Positions 25,624 through 38,479 of a stretch of 64,000 nt of DNA are shown here, in pieces (positions within the stretch are counted from its first letter, which is position 1; each line of letters opens with the position of its first letter). A program made the position numbers and the translations under genes. Under the pieces are notes generated by a model. It had not been told where the DNA came from, made no database searches, and saw only the letters and a list, made by a program, of their open reading frames with translations. Origin of the DNA: Octopus bimaculoides (lineage: Eukaryota); NCBI RefSeq assembly GCF_001194135.2, contig NC_068981.1, positions 198,951,290 to 199,015,289 on the forward strand, read 5' to 3'.

Positions 25624-27479
25624 TACACCAAAATCAGCTTGCAGCACCCAAAGGATCACTCAATAGCTTTCAGTAAAACATCCCATTTATCTTTATCTTT
25701 TGATAGTGACATTGAAGTATTAGCTCAGTTGCTTTTCTCAAAAAGTCTGGTGAAAGTAAAACAAGTTGAAACTTGAAGGCCATTGCCAAAGTTTTCTTTG
25801 TGTGTGTGTGTGTGTGTGTGCGTACACACACTCTTAAGTGCATGTGATTGTATCTCTGAGTGTGTGTTCATGGTAACAGCAATCACGAAACTACTGTTAT
25901 TGATGTTGCCTCCCGATTATTGCTTTGCAACTTAACTTAGCAGTTCAACATAAACAGAGATAGATAAAGTAGCAGACTAAAATAAAGAACAGAATTGCTA
26001 GGATGAACTCAAATGTATCCTTGAAGGAAGTGCTCCAGCATGGTCACAATCAAATGACTGGAAACAGCAAAAGACTAAAAGTGATTATTGCCAGAAGATA
26101 TATTACCTGCTTGCAGGTATCTTACCATGGTATCTTAAATAATTAAATGATTTAAGATACATCATTAATAATTAATTACAAGTAGCGCATAAACAATTAA
26201 ATACTTACAAGTACATCATTAGTAATTACATTACTGCAGGTACATTGTCAGTAATTAATGACAGGGATAACAAACCTACCAACAGATTTGTCTTGGGTAT
26301 TGTTAATAAGTAAATGACAGGTAAAGAATGCAATTTCATTGTCACAGAATAAAGTTTTTTTGCAAAAAAAAAAAAATTTTCAATTTTACCTAATTATCTA
26401 AAAAAAAGGACAAGAAAATAAACAAATTAAGATGATCTTTTACATGTTTCAGTCATTGGACTGCGATCATGCTGGAGCACCACATTTAAGATTTCATGAA
26501 ACAAATTGAACCTAATACTCAGTTTTAAGTTTGGTACTTATTTTGTCAGTCTGTTTTGCCAAACAGCTAAGTTATGGGGATGTAAACAAAGCAACACTGG
26601 TCGCCAAGTGGTTGGGGTTAAACACATAGATGCACACACACACACACACACATGACAGGTTCCTTTTCTGTTTCCATCTACCAAATCTACTCATGAGGCT
26701 TTGGATGGCCTGAGGCTATAGCAGAAGACACTTGCCCAAGGTGCCATGCAGTGGGACTGAACCGGGAATCATGTAATTGGGAAGCAAGCTTCTTACCCAT
26801 ACAGCCATGCTTGGACAGTAAGCCACTTCTCCTTATTTGAAAGAGTGTTGGTGTAGATTCATCATCATCGTCATCGTTTAACGTCCACTTTCCATGCTGG
26901 CATGGGTTGGATGGTTTGACTGAGGGCTAGCAAGCCAGAAAGCTGCATCAGGCTCCAATCTGATCTGGCAGAGTTTCTACAGCTGGATGCCCTTCCTAAT
27001 GCCAACCACTCCAAGAGTGTAGTCGGTGCTTTTTACATGCCACCGGCATGAGGCCCAGTCAGGTGCTACTGGCATTGACCACGCTTGAATGGTGATTTTT
27101 ACGTGCCACCAGCACTGAAGCCAAATTGTATTTCCTATTTATTGCTACAAAACTGTTTTGTTTATTGACAACAGAAATTGAGAATTTATTACTGTATTAA
27201 GACAGTTAAAAATACAGAAAGTCTTTAAGTTTTGTTTTGTTTTGTTTTAACATCATCTCCTTCAAAATAGTCACCTTGCACAGCAATACACCAGTCCCAG
27301 TGTTCCTGCCATTTTTGGAATCTGGCTTGGTAGTTGTTTTCCATAAGCAAGTCAAGGACCTTCTGACCGTGCAACTGGTGCCTCTCCCATGAAAATCTCA
27401 CCTGACAAATTCTGCTGCTCTGTTGTCATTGCAGCTAGAACTGGCAAGGAGTGGACTTACTTTGAGCTGAGGTGGTCAA

Positions 27480-28127
27480 ACTACAAACTACAACGTTGTC
27501 TTCCATCTTCTTGACTACTGTGACAAGACCCTCAGAAAAGCTCTCACACAGATGTTTGGTATGCTGGCCTCCAGCAATGATTGAACAATCCTTAGTTACA
27601 TTTAAGTCCCTGGCTGTCTGCCAAGAAAATGTGATGGTCACTCCTGTGCAGCTACAACAGATGTGCCAGGACTGGGACGAAAGTGTCAGGGCCTTCACTG
27701 CACGTCTTTGAGGGCAGGCATCTGCAACTTAAAGGTAGAATGGCCCTCGGAGGCCTGCCATGCCACGAATGATTACAGCAACATTATAGTCCATGATGCT
27801 CTTGTACATGTGTTGGAGGACGAGGAGATCTGCCTTGACTCCAAGCAAGACATAACCCTGGAAGAAGCCCTGAGTGGAAAAGACTCAGCCAGCCGGCTCA
27901 TGGGCCACAGAACCAATTCAACCAGTGCAGCCTCCAGCTAGGCGTCAAGAGCGGCACCGCCTGGTCAATGAATCAGGTGAACCCTGTGATACATCTGCCC
28001 CTATCCCCTGCAGTCACTGTGGAAAACATGGCTACGGATGTCAGGTACAGGAATGCATGAGGAAATGCCCCACCTACGACCACACGTGCACTATGTGTGG
28101 CATCCTGCATCACTATGAGAATGTTGT
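27480..28127 (+). mobile_element. Gypsy-like gag remnant with zinc knuckles
   Basis: QDWDESVRAFTARL, CSHCGKHG and CPTYDHTCTMCGILHH; frameshifted. Confidence 0.7.
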
Positions 28128-28265
28128 CCCTGTAGTTGTGGGGGCATTGGGAGCACCAACAACCAGGTTTGAGAAACTGGGATTGACATGAGGGTAGAAC
28201 ATGCTGAGAAAAATTTCTCTCTTGAGGACAGTGAGGATTTTGAGACTGGTACTTGGATGTTAAGT
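28128..28265 (+). mobile_element. R4/Dong LINE 3' end
   Basis: VPVVVGALG...KISLLRTVRILRLVL matches the RLE-LINE C-terminus. Confidence 0.75.
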
Positions 28266-29419
28266 ATGACGGAAAGGGACTCTATGAGGCCCTTGACAAC
28301 AGGTTGTCATTTGCTCTGACAGAATTATCCAGAGCAAGTAAAATTGAAATAATAATGATAATAATAATAATGGTTGGGTAGAGAATACATGACAATAGTA
28401 GGAACGATGTCAAAGCCTTTGTCATGTTGAATTAGAATTTGTTTAAAACACAATGAATGATGATGAGTCATAAAATAATGATATATGGACTGCCACGGAC
28501 ATCCAAATGATTAGAACTTTATGTCAATATACAAACAAGGTTATCAATTTAGCTCCCAGAATATGACCACCACAAATAAAGTAATTTGAATTAGAAGATT
28601 CTTGGAAATGTCTAGACTTTCAGCTGCTAAACAATAATATGTTAAATTTATTTCTGAAGCCATTATCAGAACAATGATGTCAGAAAGAGTTCAAAGAAAA
28701 TATATCTTTGGAAAAACAATACCTACATAATCCTGTTGGAAATATTTAGCTTTCATTTTCCAAAACGTATGCAATGGCATGCCTGAGTGAAATATCATTC
28801 AACCTGAAATCAACTTGAACTAATATGGGGATCCTGCCTTCATCTGCATACTAAGGTGCATGTAACTTTAAAAAAACATCATCATCATTGTCATCATCAC
28901 TTAACATCTGTGTTTCATGTTGGCATGGGTCGGATGATTCCACTGGATTTAGTTCGGCTCAAGAACTGCACTGCACTACCAAATTTCTAAAACAGCTGGC
29001 ATTAGGAAGGGCACCCAGCTGTGGACAACATCTCAGAGTGTGCTGGGTGCCTTTTGTTGTGCACTTATAGGCCACCGTACAATTTGTTAGAGTATGGAAC
29101 TTGAAAGATATGGAGAGTCTTATGTTAGGAGATAAGGGGGTTAAAGTATGAAAGAAGGATTCAGAGCAAAATAGAAGAGTTGCATGGTTACTTAGACTAG
29201 AAGAGAGGGTAGTGGTAAGGGGTCAGTGTAGAGCTTCAAGGTAAGGAGTAGAAGTAATTGGGGACAGAAGAACAGGGAGTGTGTGTAGGTAAAGATTACA
29301 AGAGTATAAGGGGAAATCGAGTGATAGGGGAAGGGATGAACATAGTGAATGAAGAGCAAGTACAGAGACAAGAAATAAGGAAGACTGGGAGATAACTGTA
29401 CAAAGTAGATCAGAGTGGG

Positions 29420-29938
29420 NNNNNNNNNNNNNNNNNNNNNNNNNNNNNNNNNNNNNNNNNNNNNNNNNNNNNNNNNNNNNNNNNNNNNNNNNNNNNNNNN
29501 NNNNNNNNNNNNNNNNNNNNNNNNNNNNNNNNNNNNNNNNNNNNNNNNNNNNNNNNNNNNNNNNNNNNNNNNNNNNNNNNNNNNNNNNNNNNNNNNNNNN
29601 NNNNNNNNNNNNNNNNNNNNNNNNNNNNNNNNNNNNNNNNNNNNNNNNNNNNNNNNNNNNNNNNNNNNNNNNNNNNNNNNNNNNNNNNNNNNNNNNNNNN
29701 NNNNNNNNNNNNNNNNNNNNNNNNNNNNNNNNNNNNNNNNNNNNNNNNNNNNNNNNNNNNNNNNNNNNNNNNNNNNNNNNNNNNNNNNNNNNNNNNNNNN
29801 NNNNNNNNNNNNNNNNNNNNNNNNNNNNNNNNNNNNNNNNNNNNNNNNNNNNNNNNNNNNNNNNNNNNNNNNNNNNNNNNNNNNNNNNNNNNNNNNNNNN
29901 NNNNNNNNNNNNNNNNNNNNNNNNNNNNNNNNNNNNNN
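29420..29938. other. Assembly gap (others at 7648-7657, 8597-8606, 12147-12216, 34580-35128, 45610-45954)
   Basis: Runs of N. Confidence 1.
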
Positions 29939-29972
<34 letters not shown>

Positions 29973-29977
29973 TGTGT

Positions 29978-30056
<79 letters not shown>

Positions 30057-30118
30057 CATATATGCATACATACATATACATACATATACATACATATATA
30101 TATACATATATATATACG
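29939..30118. repeat. (TG)n(TA)n(TACA)n microsatellite at a gap edge
   Basis: Direct inspection. Confidence 0.95.
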
Positions 30119-30614
30119 TGGATGTTGTGTTGGAACAAACTGTACTGTGCTTGTGGGCATGAGAGAAACTCTCGTATTGCACTTTTGTTTATATTACTAG
30201 TTGGGAGATAAAGACACCTGCAGATCATGCAATTTCGGACTTCCGCTAATGATGGACACTTAACTGCTAGAAATAGCAAGGACTCATTCCTGCCACCAGA
30301 GAATAAAAAAGTGCCAGAACAAGTGCTGGTGTCGTGATGATTAACCAGTTTGCTCGTTAGCAAAAGAGGCAGTATTAATACTGAGAGGTAATATTTATCC
30401 CCACTCAAAAGTGGATGTTTCGTTAGAACAAACTATACTGTGCTAGGTACCACGAGAGAGACTCTCAGATTGGCTTCTGGTACAAAATGCAGGCTTCTTT
30501 ATATCACTAACAGAGAGATAAATACCCACCACCTCCAACAATGAGACCACCAAACCTTGCAATTTCGACCTTCCTTCATCTTGTCAATCCAATATATATA
30601 CATATATATATATA

Positions 30615-31020
30615 TAAGACCCGGCAAGCCAAGTAAGATCGTTGCCAGTGCCCCTGGACTGGCTCTTGTGCGGGTGGCACATGAGATGCACCATTTTGAG
30701 CGTGGCCGTTGCCAGTACCGCCTGACTGGCTCCCGTAGGATTTTCGAGTGAGATTGTTGCCAGTGCCCCTGGACTGGCTTGTGCGGGTGGCACATAAAAG
30801 ACACCATTTCGAGCGTGGCCGTTTTCGTGCGGGTGACACGTAAAAGCACCCACTACACTCTCTGAGTGGTTGGCATTAGGAAGGGCATCCAGCTGTAGAA
30901 ACTCTGCCAAATCAGACTGGAGCCTGGTGTTGCCATCCGGTTTCACCAGTCCTCAGTCAAATCGTCCAACCCATGCTAGCATGGAAAGCGGACGTTAAAC
31001 GATGATGATGATGATGATGA
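30615..31020 (+). mobile_element. RTE-tail family C SINE/LINE 3' fragments (other copies about 1-145, 430-600, 1160-1385, 2010-2395, 6300-6690, 14845-14975, 24960-25205, 26860-27125, 34345-34579, 36335-36680, 51975-52150, 53165-53522, 53690-53860, 54825-55285)
   Basis: Shared ggaagggcatccagctgtagaaac...ccaacccatgccagcatggaaagcggacgttaaac(gat)n end; adjoins RTE coding sequence at 53.5 kb. Confidence 0.85.
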
Positions 31021-32794
31021 TATATATACAAGGGAAATCCATAAAGCAAAATGACAGAAACAATTGGCAGCACCAAAGCAATGTAACATATTCTTCAATT
31101 AATCTATTTGGATAGCCTAACACATTATCTTTGGATTGGTTTTAGATCTGTTAACATCTGCTTACATCTGTCCCCTTCTATAACATTGCTATCCCTCTAC
31201 TCCCTACCTCCCCATTGTTTACAAACCCCTCACTAAAACCATGATACTGACTGCCCCACCCCACATACTTGAAATATTTTCATTGTGATTTTCGTATTAT
31301 GTTATTGAAATATTTTCATTGGATCAAAGTAGTACAAGTTGCTCCACATGCAAACAAAGCTGCCTCGATATGCTAGTAATAGAAAGCTAATCTTCTTCAA
31401 ATTGCATAAATATCATTGGATAATGTATTCTTAACTGTATTATGATTGAAAGTAAAAACATGTTGGTCACGACTGAACAAATCAGCCTGATGAGGGATAA
31501 CCTGGGGCTAAACAAGAACAACCCTTGTGAACACAAAGTCTCATTCTACCCTTATTCTAAACCCACCTTGTTTTATAAATAAGATTCATGTCATTGTCAC
31601 CTATAAAAACCAATATTATTTTCACACGTTTTACTTGTAAAATATCAAAACTGTGAAATCAATTGAAAATGTTTCAAAATTCCTGAATAATTATCAAATT
31701 TATATTTAGTTATTGTTTACAAATATACAGCAACTAATATTATCTCTAAAGATAAACTCTGTTTAATATTCAAAATAAATGTGAGCCCCCTCCCACTCAC
31801 CCACCCACTGACCGAAATAGATAATACACTAACTACTTTAATGTGTTGTCACATTCCACTGCCTACATTAATGATGGAATCACAATGTAAAGTTCTAAGA
31901 AAGATAAAGAATTTGCTACGGAGGGAATAGAAAAGTTATAATTGTAAAGTATTGCCCAGTTTTAATTCCAGCAGCTGTACAGGTCAGACCTCACCAAAAT
32001 GCCAAGGTCACAGCAACACTTCTCATGACTTCATTTATATTTATAGATATAATTCTATTAAAGTATAAAAAGAAAACAACTGCAGCAAAATTTAGTCTTA
32101 CTTAAATATAACTCCATCATGGCCACAACATGCTGGCCAGTGTAGTTTATTTGAATATAAAAGCATTGGCTGAAAGTGTTCAGGATAGGCTCCCACTTCC
32201 CTCTTTACCAGTGTTGGAAAGCCATGAGAAGCAGGTCACCAGTGCAGCTGACTAAACAAGACAAGACAAAACTGTAATTATGCTAACTGATGTAGCAAGT
32301 CTATTGTAGCAGCTAATTATAAAGGCAATTGTACTTCATATGAATCTGTAATAAGATGTCAGCAGTGAGTGGAGCTGAAATCCTGTCTCCATCCATGAAA
32401 CAGGCTTAAAAGTATTCCTGTTGATTGATCTCTGATATTGCTCCCTGGTTGTACATAGGGAGCAACATTATCAATCAAATGAAACAGAATCAATAATGAA
32501 AAGTAAGGCAATATTTCATCAGTCATCAATCAAGTTGCTAGGTTTTGTTTTAAGCTTCAACTGCTAAAATGTGAAACGATCCAATGCTGTAAAGTTTCAA
32601 ATATGGAGACAGTGTGTCACACACTCCCTGTTCTGTTTACAGAACTATTGTGGATTTATACAAAAGAGGGGCTGCATGGTAAGAAGTTTGCTTCCTAACC
32701 ACGTGATTCCAGGTTCAGTCCTACTGCACAATGCCCTGGCCAAGAGGATTTGGTAGACAGAAACTGAAAGAAGCCTCAAGAAATTTTCAAGGTG

Positions 32795-33010
32795 ACAAGC
32801 TAGCAGAAACGTTAGCATGCCAGGCGAAATGCTTAGCGGTATTTTGTCTGCTGTTACGTTCTGAGTTCAAATTCCGCCGAGGTCGACTTTGCCTTTCATC
32901 CTTTCGGGGTCGATAAATTAAGTACCAGTTACGCACTGGGGTCAATGTAATTGACTTAACCCCTTTGTCTGTCCCCTCTATGTTTAGCCCGTTGTGGGCA
33001 ATAAAGAAAT
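32795..33010 (+). mobile_element. tRNA-derived SINE family A (other copies about 33640-34160, 45050-45480, 46230-46330, 47420-47640, 52440-52580, 59200-59370, 63420-63600)
   Basis: gcagaaacgttagc...ctgagttcaaattcc B-box-like head and gtcgactttgcctttcatcctttcggggtcgataaa body. Confidence 0.85.
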
Positions 33011-35128
33011 AGGAAACTGAGAGAGGCCCGTCATATGCATGTATGTGTGTGTCTGTGTTTGTTCTCCACTATTGCTAGACAACCAATGTTGGTTTGTTCA
33101 TGGCCTTGTAAGTTAGCATTTCAGCTAAAAGACTGATAAAATAAGTGCCAGGTTTCAAAATAAGTACTGGGGTTGATTCGTTTCACAAAGCCCTTCAAGG
33201 TGGTGCCCCAGCACGGCCAGAGTCTGATGACTGAAACAAGTAAGAGATAACGGATAAAACTCGGACATGTTGCGAATAGAAACGAGCAGAGAAGTCTGTA
33301 TATTATAAAATATAGTTGTACAAGTTAGAAGTCAGTCATCTTCATATTATTGAAGAGACAGTAAGAAATCGAAAGTTGAACCAACAACAGAGCCTTTATG
33401 TACCAGCTTGAACTGCTAGAAACAGCAGCTAGCAAATCTCTCACAAATCAAACTATCAACAAAAAATAAACCAAACGAAAAACATCTTATTGGATAAAGT
33501 AGTACTGGATACAATATTTCAAGAAAGGAAAACACAGGATGGTCGTGGCTGGAACAATCTTGATCACAGATCTGCCAGTTTGCTTCTACTGAGTTAAGCT
33601 CATTCATATTTGCAGATCTTATTGGAAAGTAAGGCAGCAAGCTAGGAGAATCATCATTAACCAGCAGAAACAGGCAGGGGCATTCTATCTGCCTTTACGT
33701 TCTGAGATCAAATCCTGCTGAGGCTGACTTTACAATAAGTGCCTGTTGAACAGTGGGGTCAATGTAACTGACATCCTCTCCCTTAAAATTGCTGGCCTTG
33801 TGCCAAAGTTTGAAACCAATATCGTATTGAAATGTAAAGCAGAAAGATGGTAGAATCGTAAGCCTTTTGTCCATCTTTACGTTATGAGTTCAAATTCTGC
33901 CAAAGTCGACTTTGCCTTTCTTCCTTTCGAGGTCACTAAAATAAGTACCAGCTGAGTACTGTGGTCCATGTAATCGACTTACCCCCAGGACTTGCTGGCC
34001 TTGTGCCAAAAATCTGAAACCAATATTTAAGGTGGTGAGCGGGCACAATGGGCAAAATGCTTAGGGGCATTTCGTCTGTCTTCATGTTCTGAGTTCAAAT
34101 TCTGCCAACATCAACTTTGCCTTTCATCTTCTCAGGGTCGATAAAATAAGTCCCAGTCAATATCTCTGTCACTCATTATTGAAACATTGGTACTAATGGC
34201 AGCATTAGTGCCAATGTTTTGATAATGGGGGATAGAAATATTGACCTTTTCCAAAACTAACTGACCCAAAAGAAATCAGTTTTTATGGTTATACAACCAA
34301 TGATCAGGTGGGCTGGATTTTTTTCATTTTATGAGAACTGTGATCATCATCATCATCATCATCGTTTAACGTCCGCTTTCCATGCTAGCATGGGTTGGAC
34401 GATTTGACTGAGGACTGGTGAAACCGGATGGCAACACCAGGCTCCAATCTAATTTGGCAGAGTTTCTACAGCTGGATGCCCTTCCTAAAGCCAACCACTC
34501 AGAGAGTGTAGTGGGTGCTTTTACGTGTCACCCGCACAAAAACGGCCACGCTCGAAATGGTGTCTTTTATGTGCCACCCNNNNNNNNNNNNNNNNNNNNN
34601 NNNNNNNNNNNNNNNNNNNNNNNNNNNNNNNNNNNNNNNNNNNNNNNNNNNNNNNNNNNNNNNNNNNNNNNNNNNNNNNNNNNNNNNNNNNNNNNNNNNN
34701 NNNNNNNNNNNNNNNNNNNNNNNNNNNNNNNNNNNNNNNNNNNNNNNNNNNNNNNNNNNNNNNNNNNNNNNNNNNNNNNNNNNNNNNNNNNNNNNNNNNN
34801 NNNNNNNNNNNNNNNNNNNNNNNNNNNNNNNNNNNNNNNNNNNNNNNNNNNNNNNNNNNNNNNNNNNNNNNNNNNNNNNNNNNNNNNNNNNNNNNNNNNN
34901 NNNNNNNNNNNNNNNNNNNNNNNNNNNNNNNNNNNNNNNNNNNNNNNNNNNNNNNNNNNNNNNNNNNNNNNNNNNNNNNNNNNNNNNNNNNNNNNNNNNN
35001 NNNNNNNNNNNNNNNNNNNNNNNNNNNNNNNNNNNNNNNNNNNNNNNNNNNNNNNNNNNNNNNNNNNNNNNNNNNNNNNNNNNNNNNNNNNNNNNNNNNN
35101 NNNNNNNNNNNNNNNNNNNNNNNNNNNN

Positions 35129-35440
35129 CAGTCTGCCTTTTACTCTGAGTGAGAGTCCCTTTGTCGCCAGCAGGGGTAAGAGCTCTCTAAACTTTGCCCA
35201 GGCTATTCTTATTCTAGCAGCTACACTTTCAGCGCACCCACCCCCACTACTAACTTGGTCGCCCAGATAGCGGAAGCTATCGACTACCTCTAGTTTTTCA
35301 CCCTGGAATGAGATAGAAGTTGTTTCCTGTTTGTTTACAGTCTTTATTGCACCTGAACATCTGCCACAAACAAAAACTAACTTGCTAGTTAACCTGCCTT
35401 TGATGTTGCTGCACCTCTTATGTGTCCATAGCTTGCACCG
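35129..35440 (-). mobile_element. RTE-clade LINE RT C-terminal fragment (continues into gap)
   Basis: WTHKRCS...CGRC, LEVVDSFRYLGDQV, ARIRIAWAKFRELLPLL. Confidence 0.9.
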
Positions 35441-36084
35441 GGTAGTGAGGGAGATTTGGTTGCTATTTCTAATAAGTGAAGAAATCACCTAGAAGCTCCT
35501 TCATTGATCTAATTCATATCAGACAATGTTATGTGAAAAGTTGAGCTAATGAAACCTCTACCTCCCAAACTGGAAATCAATCAAATTTATTATCTCAGCT
35601 CAGCAAAACTGTTCCTAGAGGAAGGCATTGCTATTTTCATCTTAATCCTCATCAAAAATTCAATTCTGTTGTAAATATTTAAAACCTACACCATTTAAAT
35701 AATACTAGAGGCAAATTTCCCCTGAACTCGTTAAACAGCTCAAGATAAAGCCTATGTTAATTTCTATAATGAGGTGCTTAAGAGGTCCAACTAAAGGTTT
35801 AACCAGCAGAGGGAATGATCTCACAGATTAATGGCACTGATTTCAGCTTTAAGAGCTGTTCTGTGGATGGTGGATACACCTTACTCTTTGTTTCTTCTTT
35901 CAACTAACTTCCAGATCCAGATCTACTTACAGTTTTTGTGGGATTAACAGATTAACTGCTTAAGCTAGTTCATTAGGCACGTGTTAGCAAATATAATGCT
36001 TATCAAAACAGCCAAGCTAACTGACAAAAATGGAGCGAGATCTCTGAAACTCTCCCGCATACATTCATCTGTATGGATAAACAA

Positions 36085-36168
36085 ACACACACATATGTAT
36101 GTATGTATGTATGTATGTATATATACATACGCATATATAAACACACACACACACAAATGTATGCATGT

Positions 36169-36201
<33 letters not shown>

Positions 36202-36263
36202 CACAAATATATATACACACACACACAAATGTATGTATATACACATATATATATATACACACA

Positions 36264-36296
<33 letters not shown>

Positions 36297-36306
36297 CACA
36301 CACACA

Positions 36307-36338
<32 letters not shown>

Positions 36339-36340
36339 GC
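36085..36340. repeat. Compound TA/CA/TATG microsatellite
   Basis: Direct inspection. Confidence 0.95.
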
Positions 36341-36974
36341 TGGCATGGGTCGGACGATTTGACTGGGGTGTGGGAAGCCAGGAGGCTGCACCAGGCTCCA
36401 ATCTGATCTGGCAGTGTTTCTACAGATGGATGCACTTCCTAACGCCAATCACTCCAAGAGTGTAGTGGGTGCTTTTTTATGTGCCACTGACACAAGGGGC
36501 CAGAGGAGCTGGCATCAACCACGATCAGATGGTGCTTTTTATGTGCCACCAGCATGGAAGCCAGTCGAGGTGGCACCGGCATTGGCCACGTTCAGATGGT
36601 GCTTTTTACGTGCTACTGGCATGGGGCTCACAACTACAATTTCCATTTGATTTGATTTTGATATTGCTGATGATGATGATATACATATATATATATATAC
36701 ATACATACATACACACACACGTAAATATATGTATGTGTATGTTTGTAGTTACCTGCTCTGAGTTGATCCAATATATGACATTTTTGAATGTCAGAATATT
36801 TTCAAAATAACTGTTTCCTTTTTAAATTAGGGACCCAATTTCAAATAACGCAGATATGTGTGTGTGTGTGTGTTGCCTAATCTGTGTTGACCATTAGAGC
36901 AAAGGTCATGCTGGAGCATTGCCTAAGTATGTTCGTGTTGTTTGAGAGTACGTGTATTTATGAATGTATGTGTG

Positions 36975-36997
36975 TACAGGCAGGCAGGCAGGCAGGC

Positions 36998-37046
<49 letters not shown>

Positions 37047-37280
37047 GGCAGACAGATAGGTAGACAGACAGACAGGCAGATAGATAGATAGACAGACAGA
37101 CAAACAGACAGACAGATAGACAGACAGACAGACAGATAGATAGATAGACAGACAGGCAGATAGATAGATAGACAGACAGACAGGCAGATAGATAGATAGA
37201 CAGACAGACAGGCAGATAGACAGACAGACAGACAGGCAGATAGATAGGCAGACAGACAGACAGACAGATAGATAGATGTA
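36975..37280. repeat. (GACA)n/(GATA)n/(GGCA)n array
   Basis: Direct inspection. Confidence 0.95.
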
Positions 37281-38425
37281 CACACACGTCTATATATGTA
37301 AAACACCATTAATATCTACCAAATTGTTGATATTCTTTAACTGCGTATTTACGTTAATTTATCCAGAAATTCTTCCAATATTATGTTTCTAGTCTAATAT
37401 AATCCGGTCTTCCAATCTAAGATTGTTCCTAGTCTAATATAATCAATACATTCAAGAGACCTTAAATTCAAAGTTTATCACTAGTATTATTATTGTCATC
37501 AAGACATTTGTTGATTAACCTTCGATAATTAGATGCTCGCTTGGTAAGCTTTATCGGTCGTGTAGTTGTTTAGTCCGAGGTAGGTCTTTGGTCCCCTCCT
37601 TTTTTTCTACCAACATTACCTTTTTCAAGGTATTCCTCTATTGTTAAGAGGATAAGGTATAATTTGAGGGAGACTTGGTTGTTATTTTTAGTAGTGCAAA
37701 TCGCTGTGCAAAAGCTGTAAGCTCCTATGTATGTGTTTGTATATATATATATATATATATACACACAGTACATGGTGAAACTGGAGTTTAGAGTTCCCAG
37801 CTGAGATGTAAACATGAAAGCTGTTCTAGCCATGACCATCCAGTTCTTTTAGAAGAGTATGTGTGACTCTCCTTTTTAAGAAACAACGGTGTAATGTGAT
37901 AATATTCTGCTGCTATTTTTAGCAGAGTGTATGGGGAGAAAGAGAGGGGGGTCTGCAATAATGGTACCCAAGGTACAGGAAGTGTCAGATATAAACAATA
38001 TGGTAAGGAAACGGAAATATATCAAAGATGATGAAGCGTTCAACTCATTGAATATTTTCAACAAGTTTCACCTGCATAGAATGGTAAATAAACAAAGAAT
38101 AGTTTAGTAAATAAGATATTGGTGATTGGAATTAGTGGTGTTAGTTGCAGAAGGATTTATCTCTATATAATTGGCCTAAAAACTAAGATGGAATATTGAA
38201 ACATGCGAGTGAGGAGAAAAAAAATAAAAATGAAAGCAGGTTTTGATGTTAAATAAAAGAAAAGAGAGAGATGGTTTCACCGTGACATGTAAAGGAATGT
38301 GTCTGTGTATATACATAGAAATAATAAATATAATTACTGGTGGAGTACGAAGACTACGAGTACAGGTTATTTATATAGAAATAGACTTCAACATGGGTCA
38401 TTTTTTTTTGGTTGACAAAATTTAC

Positions 38426-38479
38426 CTTATCTTTCGATTCTTCGTTTTCGGTCGGAAATCTCTGCCGAATTTCTGCCAT
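38426..38479 (-). CDS. Gene A, putative first coding exon (MAEIRQRFPTENEESKDK), phase 0
   Basis: ATG at 38479-38477, 18 open codons, then a strong donor AAG|GTAAAT. It lies head-to-head with the ATG at 40028. The M-x-E-x-R-Q-R start resembles membrane-protein N-termini, but no family is recognised. Confidence 0.6.

Noticed and set aside
29192-30408. ORFs of 260-330 aa
   Set aside because: Consist of N gap plus dinucleotide repeats.
31995-32054. 60-nt candidate exon IISININEVMRSVAVTLAF (- strand)
   Set aside because: Good splice signals, but phase 2-2 does not fit the chain without additional unseen exons; left unresolved.
35965-37309. Many Y/I/C/V and LSVC-repeat ORFs (also 40469-42472)
   Set aside because: Microsatellite translations.
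38426-38479. Naming gene A as CDS2 (phosphatidate cytidylyltransferase) from the M.E.RQR start
   Set aside because: No CDS-family motifs (WWVRG, SPKKTWEG, PGHGG) were found in downstream sequence.
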